Below, one piece after another: positions 1 through 9,637 of a stretch of DNA of 64,000 nucleotides. Position 1 is the stretch's first letter. Every line of letters starts with the position of its first letter. This DNA comes from Rickettsiales bacterium (GTDB lineage: Bacteria > Pseudomonadota > Alphaproteobacteria > Rickettsiales > UBA998): positions 450,393 through 514,392 of the forward strand of contig JANQNR010000004.1 of NCBI GenBank assembly GCA_028279475.1, in the 5' to 3' direction. Below the pieces are notes generated by a model that saw nothing but the letters and a program-made list of their open reading frames with translations, was not told the origin of the DNA and made no database searches. Position numbers and translations under genes: made by a program.

Positions 1-153
1 TGACAGAAGAAAAGTGACGATGCTCGTCCACAATGCAGCATTTCTGGCATTATTATGCACCGTCTTTTCATCGCCATGCACAAATAAGGCAATAAAGAGC
101 GCGCCAATCAACGGCAACGCAATCAACAGATTAAGAATAGCAACTTCACTCAT
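1..153 (-). CDS. nuoM: NADH-quinone oxidoreductase subunit M, N-terminal 51 codons (gene continues beyond window edge)
   Basis: Hand translation of the minus strand from ATG at 153-151 gives MSEVAILNLLIALPLIGALFIALFVHGDEKTVHNNARNAALWTSIVTFLLS, open to the window edge. It is hydrophobic and NuoM-like. Its ATG overlaps the nuoL stop (ATGA), the expected operon position after nuoL. Confidence 0.75.
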   Translation of the reverse strand, partial: MSEVAILNLLIALPLIGALFIALFVHGDEKTVHNNARNAALWTSIVTFLLS

Positions 154-2111
154 AATCCCATTCCCATTGCCACAAACCACAGTAGCAGCAGCGCTATTCC
201 CAGCACCATCACAAACGCATAATGGTATAAATAACCGCTTTGTAAGCGCGATAACAATACGCCTCCCTGAACGGAAACATAGCTCACTCCATCTGGCCCC
301 AGACGATTGATAGTGGCTTCATCTCCATGTTTCCACAAGGCTCGCCCTAATAATAGTAAAGGCTTCACCAGCAAACGGTCATAAAGTTCGTCGAAATACC
401 ATTTATTCAGTAAGAAGCGGTAAACATTGCTAAAAGCAGATGCAACACGCCCCGGAAGATCCGGGTGCTTCACATAACATATCCAGGCCAGCACAAACGC
501 AACGATGGCCAAGGCAAATGGTGCAACCGGCACCCAGCCTGGCACATGATGCGCCTGCTCTAGAATACCATGCACGCCTCCGGTTTCTACTGCCGCACCC
601 ATCCCCCAGGCGGCAGAACCTGACCAGAAATTGCCGTCCGGACTGACCATCCCGATTTTATATCCGCCATACCCGGCTAACACGGCACCTGCCGCTAGTA
701 ACAATAATGGTAATAGCATCACCCTGGGAGATTCATGCACATGCGCCATCGTCTCTTTCGATGCACGTGGCGCCCCATGAAAGGTCATAAATAGCAAACG
801 GGCTGAATAGAAGGCCGTCATGAATGCTGCCGCCATCCCTGCCCAGAAAGCAAAGCGTGCGGCTGAACCTTCGGCTGCATAGGCCGCTTCCAATATCAGG
901 TCTTTGGAATAATAGCCGGCAAATGGGGGCACTCCGGCCAACGCCAACGACCCAATCCACATTAAGACGTAGGTATAAGGCACCAGCTTGCGAACACCGC
1001 CCATCTTGCGCATATCCTGCTCATCTGACATGGCATGAATCACCGATCCGGCACCAAGAAACAACAGCGCCTTGAAGAACGCATGCGTCATCAGATGGAA
1101 AATACCGGCTGCATACGCGCCAATACCACAGGCAAAGAACATATAACCCAGCTGCGAACAGGTGGAATAGGCAATCACCCGTTTAATGTCATTCTGTACC
1201 AACCCGACGCTGGCGGCGAAAAACGCCGTAATGGCACCCACCACCGTGATGACATCCAGCGCAAAAGGTGCCTGCTCATACAGCGGTGAACAACGCGCCA
1301 GCAGGAACACCCCGGCGGTGACCATTGTTGCGGCATGAATCAATGCGGAAACCGGCGTCGGCCCCTCCATCGCGTCTGGCAACCAGGTATGCAGCAAAAA
1401 CTGCGCCGATTTCCCCATACAACCGATAAATAGCAGCAATCCAATCCAGTCGAGTACCGGCAGCGACCACCCAAGAAACATGAACGACTGATCCACACTA
1501 CCCAATGCATTAAACACGCCGTCGAACGAGACAGTGCCAAACGTAAAAAAGATTAGTGCAATTCCCAGCGCCAACCCGACATCACCCACGCGATTTACAA
1601 TAAAGGCTTTCATCGACGCGGCATTGGCAGAATCCTTATGATACCAGAACCCAATCAGCAGGTAGGAACTTAACCCTACCCCTTCCCAGCCAAAGAATAG
1701 CTGCACAAAATTATCTGCCGTGACAAGCATCAGCATGCAAAAGGTAAACAGCGACAGATAAGCCATAAAACGTGGCTTGTGCGGATCGTGGCTCATATAG
1801 CCGATTGAATAAATATGGACAACCGATGACACCCAGGTTACCACCACCAGCATCACGGCAGTCAGCATATCAATACGCAACACCCAGTCGGCACGGAAAT
1901 CACCGGAATCAATCCAGCGCAGTAAATGCACCTTAAACGGCTCTGCATCCAGCAGATGTAGGAAGATCACCGCAGCACATACAGCGGAAATCACCAACAG
2001 CAGGGATGAAACGACCTGAGCGTAACGGTCACTGACCGAATGCGTTCGCAAACCAATTAATACCGCTGAGAGCAACGGCAGAAACACAGTCATCTTTGCA
2101 AGTATGTCCAT
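150..2111 (-). CDS. nuoL: NADH-quinone oxidoreductase subunit L
   Basis: 653-aa polytopic membrane protein of the Mrp/NuoL antiporter-like family (e.g. WEGVGLSSYLLIGFW, HAATMVTAGVFLL), followed by nuoM and preceded by nuoK. Confidence 0.95.
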   Translation of the reverse strand: MDILAKMTVFLPLLSAVLIGLRTHSVSDRYAQVVSSLLLVISAVCAAVIFLHLLDAEPFKVHLLRWIDSGDFRADWVLRIDMLTAVMLVVVTWVSSVVHIYSIGYMSHDPHKPRFMAYLSLFTFCMLMLVTADNFVQLFFGWEGVGLSSYLLIGFWYHKDSANAASMKAFIVNRVGDVGLALGIALIFFTFGTVSFDGVFNALGSVDQSFMFLGWSLPVLDWIGLLLFIGCMGKSAQFLLHTWLPDAMEGPTPVSALIHAATMVTAGVFLLARCSPLYEQAPFALDVITVVGAITAFFAASVGLVQNDIKRVIAYSTCSQLGYMFFACGIGAYAAGIFHLMTHAFFKALLFLGAGSVIHAMSDEQDMRKMGGVRKLVPYTYVLMWIGSLALAGVPPFAGYYSKDLILEAAYAAEGSAARFAFWAGMAAAFMTAFYSARLLFMTFHGAPRASKETMAHVHESPRVMLLPLLLLAAGAVLAGYGGYKIGMVSPDGNFWSGSAAWGMGAAVETGGVHGILEQAHHVPGWVPVAPFALAIVAFVLAWICYVKHPDLPGRVASAFSNVYRFLLNKWYFDELYDRLLVKPLLLLGRALWKHGDEATINRLGPDGVSYVSVQGGVLLSRLQSGYLYHYAFVMVLGIALLLLWFVAMGMGL

Positions 2112-2117
2112 GCTCGA

Positions 2118-2441
2118 TTATCCCTTTAACTCGTTGATGTCCTGCACTGATACCGATCCACGATTTCGGGCAAACACCACCAATATCGCCAGCCCGATCG
2201 CCGCCTCCGCTGCCGCGATAGTCAGCACAAAAATCGCGAAAATTTGCCCGGTAATATCATCCAGATGCACGGAAAACGCGGCAAAGTTGATATTGACTGC
2301 CAGTAAGATCAACTCGATTGACATCAGGATCGTAATGATATTCTTCTGGTTCAGGATGATCCCACTAATGCCCAGCACGAACAATACTGTCGACAGCATT
2401 AAATAGTGCATAATCCCAATATCGGCAAAAAGCGGCGTCAT
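2118..2441 (-). CDS. nuoK: NADH-quinone oxidoreductase subunit K
   Basis: 107-aa three-TM protein with a typical NuoK sequence ([16 protein letters not shown]), located between nuoJ and nuoL. Confidence 0.93.
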
Positions 2442-3070
2442 AACGATACCCCCTGCCCCGGCTCTACATCGACCAGTTCCACCCCTTCATCTCGACGGCG
2501 TGCCAGCTGCTTCATGACATCCTGACGCTTCACCACCGGGCGATGCCGTAGAGTCAGCACGATCGCACCGATCATCGCTACCAGCAACACCAGACCGGAC
2601 AGCAGGAACATATATGCATAATCGGTATAGAGCACCATGCCAATTTCTTCAGCATTAGTCAGCGGGGGTTGATCGAGATCAACGATTTTTTCGACTAGAG
2701 CCACTTGTTCCTCCGCCAAGATAGAGGCATAAAAAATGGCGCCTAATTGTGTGAAAAGCACAAGGGCTACGCCGATCCCGATCGGCAATTGCTTGCTAAA
2801 TCCTTCTCGCCATTTGGCAAAGTCGATATCCATCATCATCACCACGAACAGAAACAACACCGCGACTGCCCCAACATAGACAATCACCAGCGTCATCGCC
2901 AAATATTCCGTTCCCAGCAGCACCAGCAATCCTGCCGCGTTGAAAAAAGTGAAGATAAGGAACAACACGGAATGCACCGGGTTGCGGGCAGCAATCACCA
3001 TGATTGCCGAAAACACGACCAGCAACGCAAACAGGTAAAATAACGCATTGAGTACAGAAAATTCCATCAT
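2438..3070 (-). CDS. nuoJ: NADH-quinone oxidoreductase subunit J
   Basis: 210-aa membrane protein with a NuoJ-like N-terminus ([30 protein letters not shown]). It overlaps the nuoK start by 4 nt. Confidence 0.92.
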
Positions 3071-3204
3071 CGCGCCCGATTCATATCACGCGAAAAAAGA
3101 ATGACGCAAGCAGAGTTTCCAGAAAACCCTTTTTGCTTGCTCTATTGGCCAGGAGTGAGGATTTTGTATTAAAGTTATCAATACATTCTAATGGAGACGC
3201 ATAC

Positions 3205-3420
3205 ATGAAAGAATATAAAGTTGTCCTGTACCGTGAAGGTGTACTCGGCTCCCTGTTTCTAGGAGCATCCAAGATCAATCCGGTGCGCATGAGCGCCTTT
3301 CTCAATGAAAATGCACAAGAAGGCTGGCGAGTCGTGACTATGGAAAAAGACATCCAGCGCCTTCTCCTCTTGTTTAAGCGTGAAGCCTATGTTGTAATCA
3401 TGGAGAGAGAAACCACATAA
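3205..3420 (+). CDS. DUF4177-like small protein
   Basis: Internal ATG at 3205 is preceded by GGAGA. The 71-aa product MKEYKVVLY...EGWRVVTMEK... resembles the DUF4177 pattern from memory. The upstream 24 codons of the track ORF have no SD. Confidence 0.5.
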   Translation: MKEYKVVLYREGVLGSLFLGASKINPVRMSAFLNENAQEGWRVVTMEKDIQRLLLLFKREAYVVIMERETT

Positions 3421-3436
3421 CGCGAGATATACCGCC

Positions 3437-3649
3437 ATGAAACATCTGTATCTGTTCTTTTCCGGGATTGCCCTGATCGCCGTATTTTTGCTGCTGGATC
3501 AAATCTGGTTCGGGCTGGTATCGTTTGAGTCGTTTTGGAAAATTCTGGTAACACTGGCCATTATCGGCGGCGGTGCGCTGATTGTCTTCCTGATTCGCAA
3601 CGAGTTGCTGGAAGACAAGGAACTCAAGAAAGACAAATATCTGGATTAG
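3437..3649 (+). CDS. small membrane protein (two predicted TM helices), function unknown
   Basis: 70-aa ORF, 16 nt after the previous gene, with two hydrophobic stretches and a charged C-terminus. I recognise no family. Confidence 0.35.
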   Translation: MKHLYLFFSGIALIAVFLLLDQIWFGLVSFESFWKILVTLAIIGGGALIVFLIRNELLEDKELKKDKYLD

Positions 3650-3678
3650 TGCCTCAAAACTCAGGCACAATAAAACGT

Positions 3679-3707
3679 TTGTACCTTTGCACGTGCTATG
3701 GTATATG
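3679..3707 (+). promoter_or_regulatory. candidate sigma-70-type promoter for cspA (TTGTAC-N17-TATATG)
   Basis: Sequence read directly: -35-like TTGTAC at 3679-3684, a 17-nt spacer, and -10-like TATATG at 3702-3707. This would give a roughly 185-nt leader. It is a pattern match only. Confidence 0.25.
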
Positions 3708-3899
3708 AAGTCTCGAGTTTCCTATTACTCTTTACATTATGGGCTGCCGCCTGGCAGCTTGCTGTTTAAGTATGGCACTGAACGATCTCCCGAACATGTT
3801 GATCCACAGCGTTTGCACAAGAGTAACCCGGCACCTGCATAATACAGTCCCGTCGGCACGAGTACTCTTTATCACCAATCAACGCCAAAGGAGAATGAC

Positions 3900-4118
3900 A
3901 TGGCTAATGGAACAGTAAAATGGTTTAACCCAACAAAAGGATATGGATTTATCGCCCCGGAAGATGGATCAAGCGACGTGTTCGTCCATGTCAGCGCTGT
4001 TGAAAAAGCCGGTATTTTTCAATTAAATGAAGGCCAGAAAGTCAGTTATGAGATTGCTACGAATAAAGGCAAGACATCGGCGGCCAATCTGCAATTGCTC
4101 GATGGTGACGCAGCGTAA
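3900..4118 (+). CDS. cspA: cold-shock protein, CspA family
   Basis: 72 aa with [15 protein letters not shown] and DVFVHVSAV (RNP1/RNP2 motifs) and a strong SD (AAAGGAGA). Confidence 0.95.
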
Positions 4119-4124
4119 AAGGCA

Positions 4125-4145
4125 CCCGGCACGAACATCGCCGGG
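4125..4145. terminator. possible shared hairpin terminator between convergent cspA and GNAT genes
   Basis: CCCGGC-acgaacatc-GCCGGG 6-bp GC stem located between two convergent stops. There is no clear U-tract, so the call is weak. Confidence 0.3.
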
Positions 4146-4234
4146 CTGATGATTGCAAGCATTGAGAACGGGCTGCGGCAGAAAAGCGCCGGAGTCCGTA
4201 GTTCTGTGTGAGGGGGATTTTGGCAAGAGCCAAG

Positions 4235-4720
4235 TTACAGCGTCTTATGCATGATGAGGGCGTCAACATATCGCTCACGCTTATAGAAAAACGCCTCAGG
4301 TATCGTACCAATCACTATGAATCCATTCTTTTCACAGATACGGATTGACGCTTCGTTTGTTACCACCACCAAATTCAACTGAATCGCCTTATACCCCAAT
4401 TCCTTTGCCTTAGAAATCGCAAAATCGTTCAATATTTTCCCATAACCTTGGCCTCGATATGCCTTATCAATCATAACGCCTGTATTACATATGTGACTAC
4501 CAAGACCAACTTTGTTTGGGGTGATATAGCGCGTGGCCATGGGTACACCATCAATATAAGCATGATATACTCTGGCTCCAGGCGAGAACCACAATGCTCT
4601 GGCATCTTCTATGGTGATGTCTGCTGGATAAGGGTAAGTGTCCTCATCCTGAATGACATCCTTAAATACATGCCAGATTTCATTAAAATCTGCTGATGTC
4701 ACTTCCTTTATATCGAGCAT
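4235..4720 (-). CDS. GNAT family N-acetyltransferase
   Basis: 161 aa with the acetyl-CoA binding motif region (AYRGQGYGKILNDFAISKAKELGYKAIQL...N..S....EK.GF). Confidence 0.8.
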   Translation of the reverse strand: MLDIKEVTSADFNEIWHVFKDVIQDEDTYPYPADITIEDARALWFSPGARVYHAYIDGVPMATRYITPNKVGLGSHICNTGVMIDKAYRGQGYGKILNDFAISKAKELGYKAIQLNLVVVTNEASIRICEKNGFIVIGTIPEAFFYKRERYVDALIMHKTL

Positions 4721-4808
4721 ATAGGTTCCTCAACGGTAATGGATTCTTCATTTTTTCTATGGCTTTAATTTCTGGACTCGTCTACCTGTACTTATTCCAT
4801 CGTATGAC

Positions 4809-5048
4809 CTAAAAATGTTTCTTGGCAAAGGCTTTCCCGGAGCCGGTCTTTAGGTAATATTCAAATTCCTGTGCTTTCCTTTTATCTGCAAACGCATGGT
4901 AGGAAACAAGTCGCCACGGCACGAATTTTGCCGTGTGCTTCGATTCACCGGCATTATGCGCTTTCATGCGAGATTTTAAATTTTCAGTAATCCCGTCGTA
5001 GAAACGATTGGGGTCAGATAAGCTTTGCAGAATATAAACATATATCAT
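4809..5048 (-). CDS. small GIY-YIG nuclease family protein
   Basis: 79 aa. MIYVYILQS...RFYDGIT.NLK.R...HN.G....TAKFVPW.LV is the classic short GIY-YIG (UPF0213-like) pattern. Confidence 0.8.
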   Translation of the reverse strand: MIYVYILQSLSDPNRFYDGITENLKSRMKAHNAGESKHTAKFVPWRLVSYHAFADKRKAQEFEYYLKTGSGKAFAKKHF

Positions 5049-5193
5049 GGGGTTGCTCCAGTCCGCCTTCGTGCTTATGCACTTCGGCGTGACAGCCTTC
5101 TCCTATCGTGTTCGTCCCGTCAAGCCATTCCGCCTTCACTAACGTTTCGGCGCAATATAAGGCTTGCCGAGCCAAAGCACGAAGTGCGAAGGC

Positions 5194-5270
<77 letters not shown>

Positions 5271-5385
5271 AAGGATGGCGGTGAATACTTACCTCACCCA
5301 TGGTCGAGGCACCTTCATAATGCGCTTATGTTCAGGACGCAAGACATTCATTGCACCTAAAGCGTCATTCCTTTATAGATGGGGC

Positions 5386-6273
5386 ATGGAACCGAACACA
5401 CTCAGAGGGAATTTCACCGCACTCGTCACCCCCATGACCGAGCAAGGTGTGGATGTGAAAGCGTTGGAATCGCTGGTTGAATGGCAGATTCAGGAGGGCG
5501 TACACGGGCTGGTACCTTGCGGCACCACAGGTGAATCCCCTACCCTGACACATGAAGAGCACAAGCAAGTCGTCGAAATCACTGTGAAGGTGGCTGCCGG
5601 GCGGGTGCATGTAATGGCCGGTGCCGGCTCCAACTCGACCGATGAAACATTGGACTTCGCCCGCCATGCACAATCATGCAGAGCCGATAGCGTGCTGCTG
5701 GTCGCGCCCTATTACAACAAACCAACACCAGAAGGCCAGTTTACCCATTTCAAAACTGTAGCGAACGCGATCGACCTGCCGGTAACGATCTATAACATTC
5801 CCGGACGTTCCGTGATCGATATCCATGATGATACCATCCTTCGGTTGGCTGAAGCGTGCTGGAATGTCATCGGTGTGAAAGACGCGACCGGCGATCTGGC
5901 GCGGGTGGCACGCCTGCATCATCGCGCCGGAGAACGGCTAGCGCTGCTGTCCGGAGAAGATTTAACCGCGCTGGGATTCAATGCCATGGGCGGGCAAGGC
6001 TGTATTTCAGTGTCTTCCAATGTCATCCCAGGGCTTTGTTCCAGTATGCAGGAAGCAAGCCTGAACGGGGATTACGAAGCGGCAAAAACCCTGCATGACC
6101 AGTTGGTATCGCTACATGACGCCATGTTTGTCGAAACCAGCCCCACACCGGTGAAATACGCTTTGCACCAAATGGGGAAATGCGGCCCTATCATCCGCCT
6201 GCCCCTGCTACCTGCCTCACCGGAAGCGCGTGCGCAGGTGGACGCCGCCCTGTCTGCACTGAATCTCCTGTAA
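5386..6273 (+). CDS. dapA: 4-hydroxy-tetrahydrodipicolinate synthase
   Basis: From the internal ATG at 5386: G.FTALVTPM......D...L..LV.WQI..GV.GLVPCGTTGES.TL. The longer track ORF (5164) overlaps tRNA-Pro and is rejected. Confidence 0.92.
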   Translation: MEPNTLRGNFTALVTPMTEQGVDVKALESLVEWQIQEGVHGLVPCGTTGESPTLTHEEHKQVVEITVKVAAGRVHVMAGAGSNSTDETLDFARHAQSCRADSVLLVAPYYNKPTPEGQFTHFKTVANAIDLPVTIYNIPGRSVIDIHDDTILRLAEACWNVIGVKDATGDLARVARLHHRAGERLALLSGEDLTALGFNAMGGQGCISVSSNVIPGLCSSMQEASLNGDYEAAKTLHDQLVSLHDAMFVETSPTPVKYALHQMGKCGPIIRLPLLPASPEARAQVDAALSALNLL

Positions 6274-6285
6274 TTCTCTGCTAAA

Positions 6286-6762
6286 ATGGCTTCCAAAAAG
6301 AAACCGGCTTCATCGTCCGCCTCCGTTGTCAATCGCAGGGCGCGCTATGAATATGAGATTCTGGACGAGTATGAGGCAGGGATTGTGCTGACCGGTACTG
6401 AAGTCAAGTCCCTGCGCACCGGAAAAGCGACGATTCAGGATGCGTTCGCTACCGAGAAACAGGAAGAAATCTGGCTGCATAACCTACATATCCCGGAATA
6501 TAAGGCTGGCAACCGCCATAACCATGCGCCGAAACGCCCGCGCAAACTGCTCCTGCACAAGCGGGAAATTCGCAAACTGATTGGGCTGTTACAAACCAAG
6601 GGACTGACGCTGATCCCGCTCTCCCTGTTCTTCAACGATAAGGGAATCGTCAAGGTAAAATTGGCTGTTGGCCGCGGGAAGAAATCGCATGACAAGCGGG
6701 AAACCGAGAAACGCCGTGACTGGGATCGCCAGAAGCAGCGATTAATGAAGCAGGATGTTTAG
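6286..6762 (+). CDS. smpB: SsrA-binding protein
   Basis: 158 aa with [29 protein letters not shown], a canonical SmpB sequence. Confidence 0.95.
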
Positions 6763-6775
6763 GTTCTGTCTATCC

Positions 6776-6921
6776 GCTCTCCCCTTGCGGGAGAGCAGCA
6801 GAGTCGAGGCGACAACGGAGTCGAAGACGATGCGTGAGGGGTTGTTCATTGTGTTTTTTACCCCTCACCGAATCGAGCTGCGCCTTGCTTGCTCTCTTCG
6901 ACTCTCCCGCAGGGGGAGAGT
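6776..6921. repeat. ORF-less structured cassette: two same-stem hairpins (CTCTCCC/GGGAGAG) flanking a third hairpin
   Basis: Read directly:
- GCTCTCCC-cttgc-GGGAGAGC at 6776-6796
- GTGAGGGG-19 nt-CCCCTCAC at 6834-6868
- (A)CTCTCCC-gcagg-GGGAGAG(T) at 6901-6921
- GAGTCGA twice (6801, 6819), complementary to TCGACTC at 6897-6903

The element lies between the convergent smpB and fbpC genes. Confidence 0.7.
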
Positions 6922-6975
6922 GGTGTTGTACGAAGAAATGACAGTACTTCACAATGAATTTTGCGCCTAACTTTA

Positions 6976-8019
6976 CTATTGTGGGAACACAAAAATGTGC
7001 GGCGGTTCGTAAGCGACACACACCTGATCCCCCTTGCGCGGGCGATGCCCGTAAATATGGTGAAAACGGATCACACCGCCTTCCGGCAGACGTGCGCTCA
7101 CCAGCCACCCTGCCCCCGTATGCGCCACCTGTTCAATGACCGCTTCAACACACGGCTCCCCATCCCGTGCCATACGAATCCCTTCCGGGCGGGTGGCGAC
7201 TACCACCTGAGTGCCTTCCGGCAGGTGCGGTGCATATTCCTGTCTGGACAGCTCTCCCAGCTTGGACTGCACTGACGTCCCTTCCACACGCCCCTCAATC
7301 GCATTAATGTGACCGAAAAAACGTGCCGCCTCCAGATCCACCGGGTGGTTGTGGATCGCATCCGGTGAGCCGGTCTGATGCACCTGTCCCTGCGCGTTCA
7401 TCAGAATCATGCTATCCGCCATCATCAGCGCCTCTTCCGGATCATGGGTAACCATAATGATCGGCACATTAGCAGCGCGCAGCATATCCATCACCTCTTC
7501 GCGCATGTCCCGACGCATGCTGTGATCCAGATTGGCGAATGGCTCATCCAATAGCATCAGGATGGGTTCCGGTGCTAACGTGCGCGCCAGCGCCACCCGT
7601 TGATGCTGCCCGCCGGAGAGCTGGTGCGGATATTTCTGTCCATGTGCTTCCAGTCCAATAAGCGCCATCATTTCCTGCACTTTCTGCCGCCCACGCTCTG
7701 ATGACCAGCGCTGCAAGCCAAACTGGATATTCTCTTCCACCGTTAAATGCGGGAACAGGGAAGGATGTTGGAACACTAACCCAATACGGCGCAATTGTGG
7801 CGGCACATGGGTCTGCGTATCCGCTACTATTTCCCCATGATACAAGACGGCTCCCTGCTGTACCTTGTCCAGGCCTGCCACCAGCCGGAGCAATGTGGAC
7901 TTCCCACACCCAGACGCACCGACCAGGCAGGCCAGTTGCCCCGGCTGAACAGTAAAGAACACATGATCCAGCACCTGCTGCTGGCCGTAATGGTGGGAAA
8001 GTTCCTTAATTTCAAGCAT
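6976..8019 (-). CDS. fbpC: ABC transporter ATP-binding protein, Fe(3+)/FbpC-like
   Basis: Walker A GASGCGKST, signature LSGGQHQRVALAR and Walker B MLLDEPFANLD. It sits in an operon with a double-domain permease and an iron-type binding protein. Confidence 0.85.
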   Translation of the reverse strand: MLEIKELSHHYGQQQVLDHVFFTVQPGQLACLVGASGCGKSTLLRLVAGLDKVQQGAVLYHGEIVADTQTHVPPQLRRIGLVFQHPSLFPHLTVEENIQFGLQRWSSERGRQKVQEMMALIGLEAHGQKYPHQLSGGQHQRVALARTLAPEPILMLLDEPFANLDHSMRRDMREEVMDMLRAANVPIIMVTHDPEEALMMADSMILMNAQGQVHQTGSPDAIHNHPVDLEAARFFGHINAIEGRVEGTSVQSKLGELSRQEYAPHLPEGTQVVVATRPEGIRMARDGEPCVEAVIEQVAHTGAGWLVSARLPEGGVIRFHHIYGHRPRKGDQVCVAYEPPHIFVFPQ

Positions 8020-9631
8020 GGCCGGGCCTTGAAGTACTGAAACGCCGTTGCAACAATAGCACCGGTATCAAACTGAGGAATATTAATAGCAAGGCCATGG
8101 GTGCCGCCAGTGGTAGCATTTCATCCTTGGCCAGCTCATACACCCTAATAGACAGCGTACTAACATCAAACGGGCGCAGCAACAACGTCGCCGGTAATTC
8201 CTTTACCGTATCAATAAATACCAGCATCAGCGCCGCCATGGCGCTCCCTGATATCAGCGGCAGATGGATCCGGCGCAACCGACTCCAGTGCGTTTCTCCC
8301 AGCATGGTCGCCGCTTCATCCACCGCCAGTGTGACCTGCTCCAGCCCGGCACGTACCGACTGAAAGCCAATGGTGGCAAACCGTAGCGTACATCCCCAGA
8401 TGAGTCCTGCTAATGTACCGGTGAGCAGTATATCCCCAGCAAGGGCCGTATTCTGTGCTAGCACCAGCAACAATAAAACCCCTACCGCGATCACACTACC
8501 CGGCAGGGCATAACCGGAAGTCGCTAACAACAGGCTAGCGCGGGTGATACGTGACGGTTTTCCGCGCATCCCATAAGCGCAGAATGCACCAATTGCCACG
8601 GCCAGCAGCGCGGTGACAGCAGCAATGATGAATGAATAGAATGCGGCATCCAGCACCTGCGCATCCAGCCACAAAGATATGTCTCCCATACTCCACGAAA
8701 TAAGCGCCATCACCGGTACAATACAACCAAGTATCATCGGTATAGCACACCCCAGCGTCATGCTCCACGCCTTCAGACGGGAAGCCGGATACCAGCGCTC
8801 CAAGGGATGGTACAGCGCATTGGTATTCTCAAAACCAGCGTCAGCACGCTGACGGCGCTCCAGCCATAAAAGTGCGACAACCAGTATCAACAGCATCGAC
8901 GCCATCCGTGCCGCTGCGATCGGATCATAGAATCCCTGCCATGCACGGTAAATACCGGTGGTAAACACGGGAATCCCATAGAGCGATGCCACCCCGAAAT
9001 CGGCCAACGCTTCCATCATCACCAGTGCCAGCCCGGCCACCAGCGCCGGACGCGCCGCCGGTAACGCCAGCCTGGTGAACAAATGCGAACGCGAACACCC
9101 CAGCATCATCCCGGTTTCCAGCATTTGTCGGGACTGCATCAGGAATGCACCACGCGCCATCAAATACACATAGGGATAGAGCGTCATGGACAAAATGAAG
9201 ATGGCTCCACCGGTTGATCGAATGGCCGGAAATGGATACTCGCCATAACGCATGTCGAAACTCTCACGCAACCAATGCTGCACCGGCCCTGCACCTTCTA
9301 GGAGATGCCCGTAAACGATAGCAGCAATATAGGATGGCACCGCTAGGGGCAATACCAAAGCCCATTGTAGCACCTGCCTTCCGGGAAACACATACATGCT
9401 CACCCACCACGCAGCAGGCACAGCGATGACAGCACTTAGTGCCATACTGCCCAAAGCAACCACCAACGTATTTACAAAATAATCAGCAACCAGTCCCTGT
9501 GATACAAAATAGGAGAAATGACTACTATCACCAATCACCCAGGACAGGCACACAAATAAGAGTGGCGCAGCAAATAGTGCTGCTGCACCTGCCACCCCAA
9601 AACGCCCCGCTATCTGACTTAAATTATGCAA
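8012..9631 (-). CDS. fbpB: iron(III) ABC transporter permease (fused double permease, FbpB-like)
   Basis: 539-aa polytopic protein with the duplicated-domain size typical of FbpB. The start at 9631 is TTG (read from sequence), and no nearby ATG exists. Confidence 0.8.
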   Translation of the reverse strand: MHNLSQIAGRFGVAGAAALFAAPLLFVCLSWVIGDSSHFSYFVSQGLVADYFVNTLVVALGSMALSAVIAVPAAWWVSMYVFPGRQVLQWALVLPLAVPSYIAAIVYGHLLEGAGPVQHWLRESFDMRYGEYPFPAIRSTGGAIFILSMTLYPYVYLMARGAFLMQSRQMLETGMMLGCSRSHLFTRLALPAARPALVAGLALVMMEALADFGVASLYGIPVFTTGIYRAWQGFYDPIAAARMASMLLILVVALLWLERRQRADAGFENTNALYHPLERWYPASRLKAWSMTLGCAIPMILGCIVPVMALISWSMGDISLWLDAQVLDAAFYSFIIAAVTALLAVAIGAFCAYGMRGKPSRITRASLLLATSGYALPGSVIAVGVLLLLVLAQNTALAGDILLTGTLAGLIWGCTLRFATIGFQSVRAGLEQVTLAVDEAATMLGETHWSRLRRIHLPLISGSAMAALMLVFIDTVKELPATLLLRPFDVSTLSIRVYELAKDEMLPLAAPMALLLIFLSLIPVLLLQRRFSTSRPGHA

Positions 9632-9637
9632 GGAGTG

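Noticed and set aside
6770-7108. 112-aa minus-strand ORF and 71-aa plus-strand ORF across the smpB-fbpC intergenic region
   Set aside because: They are composed of the hairpin cassette translated in either direction and overlap the 3' end of fbpC. There is no coding signal.
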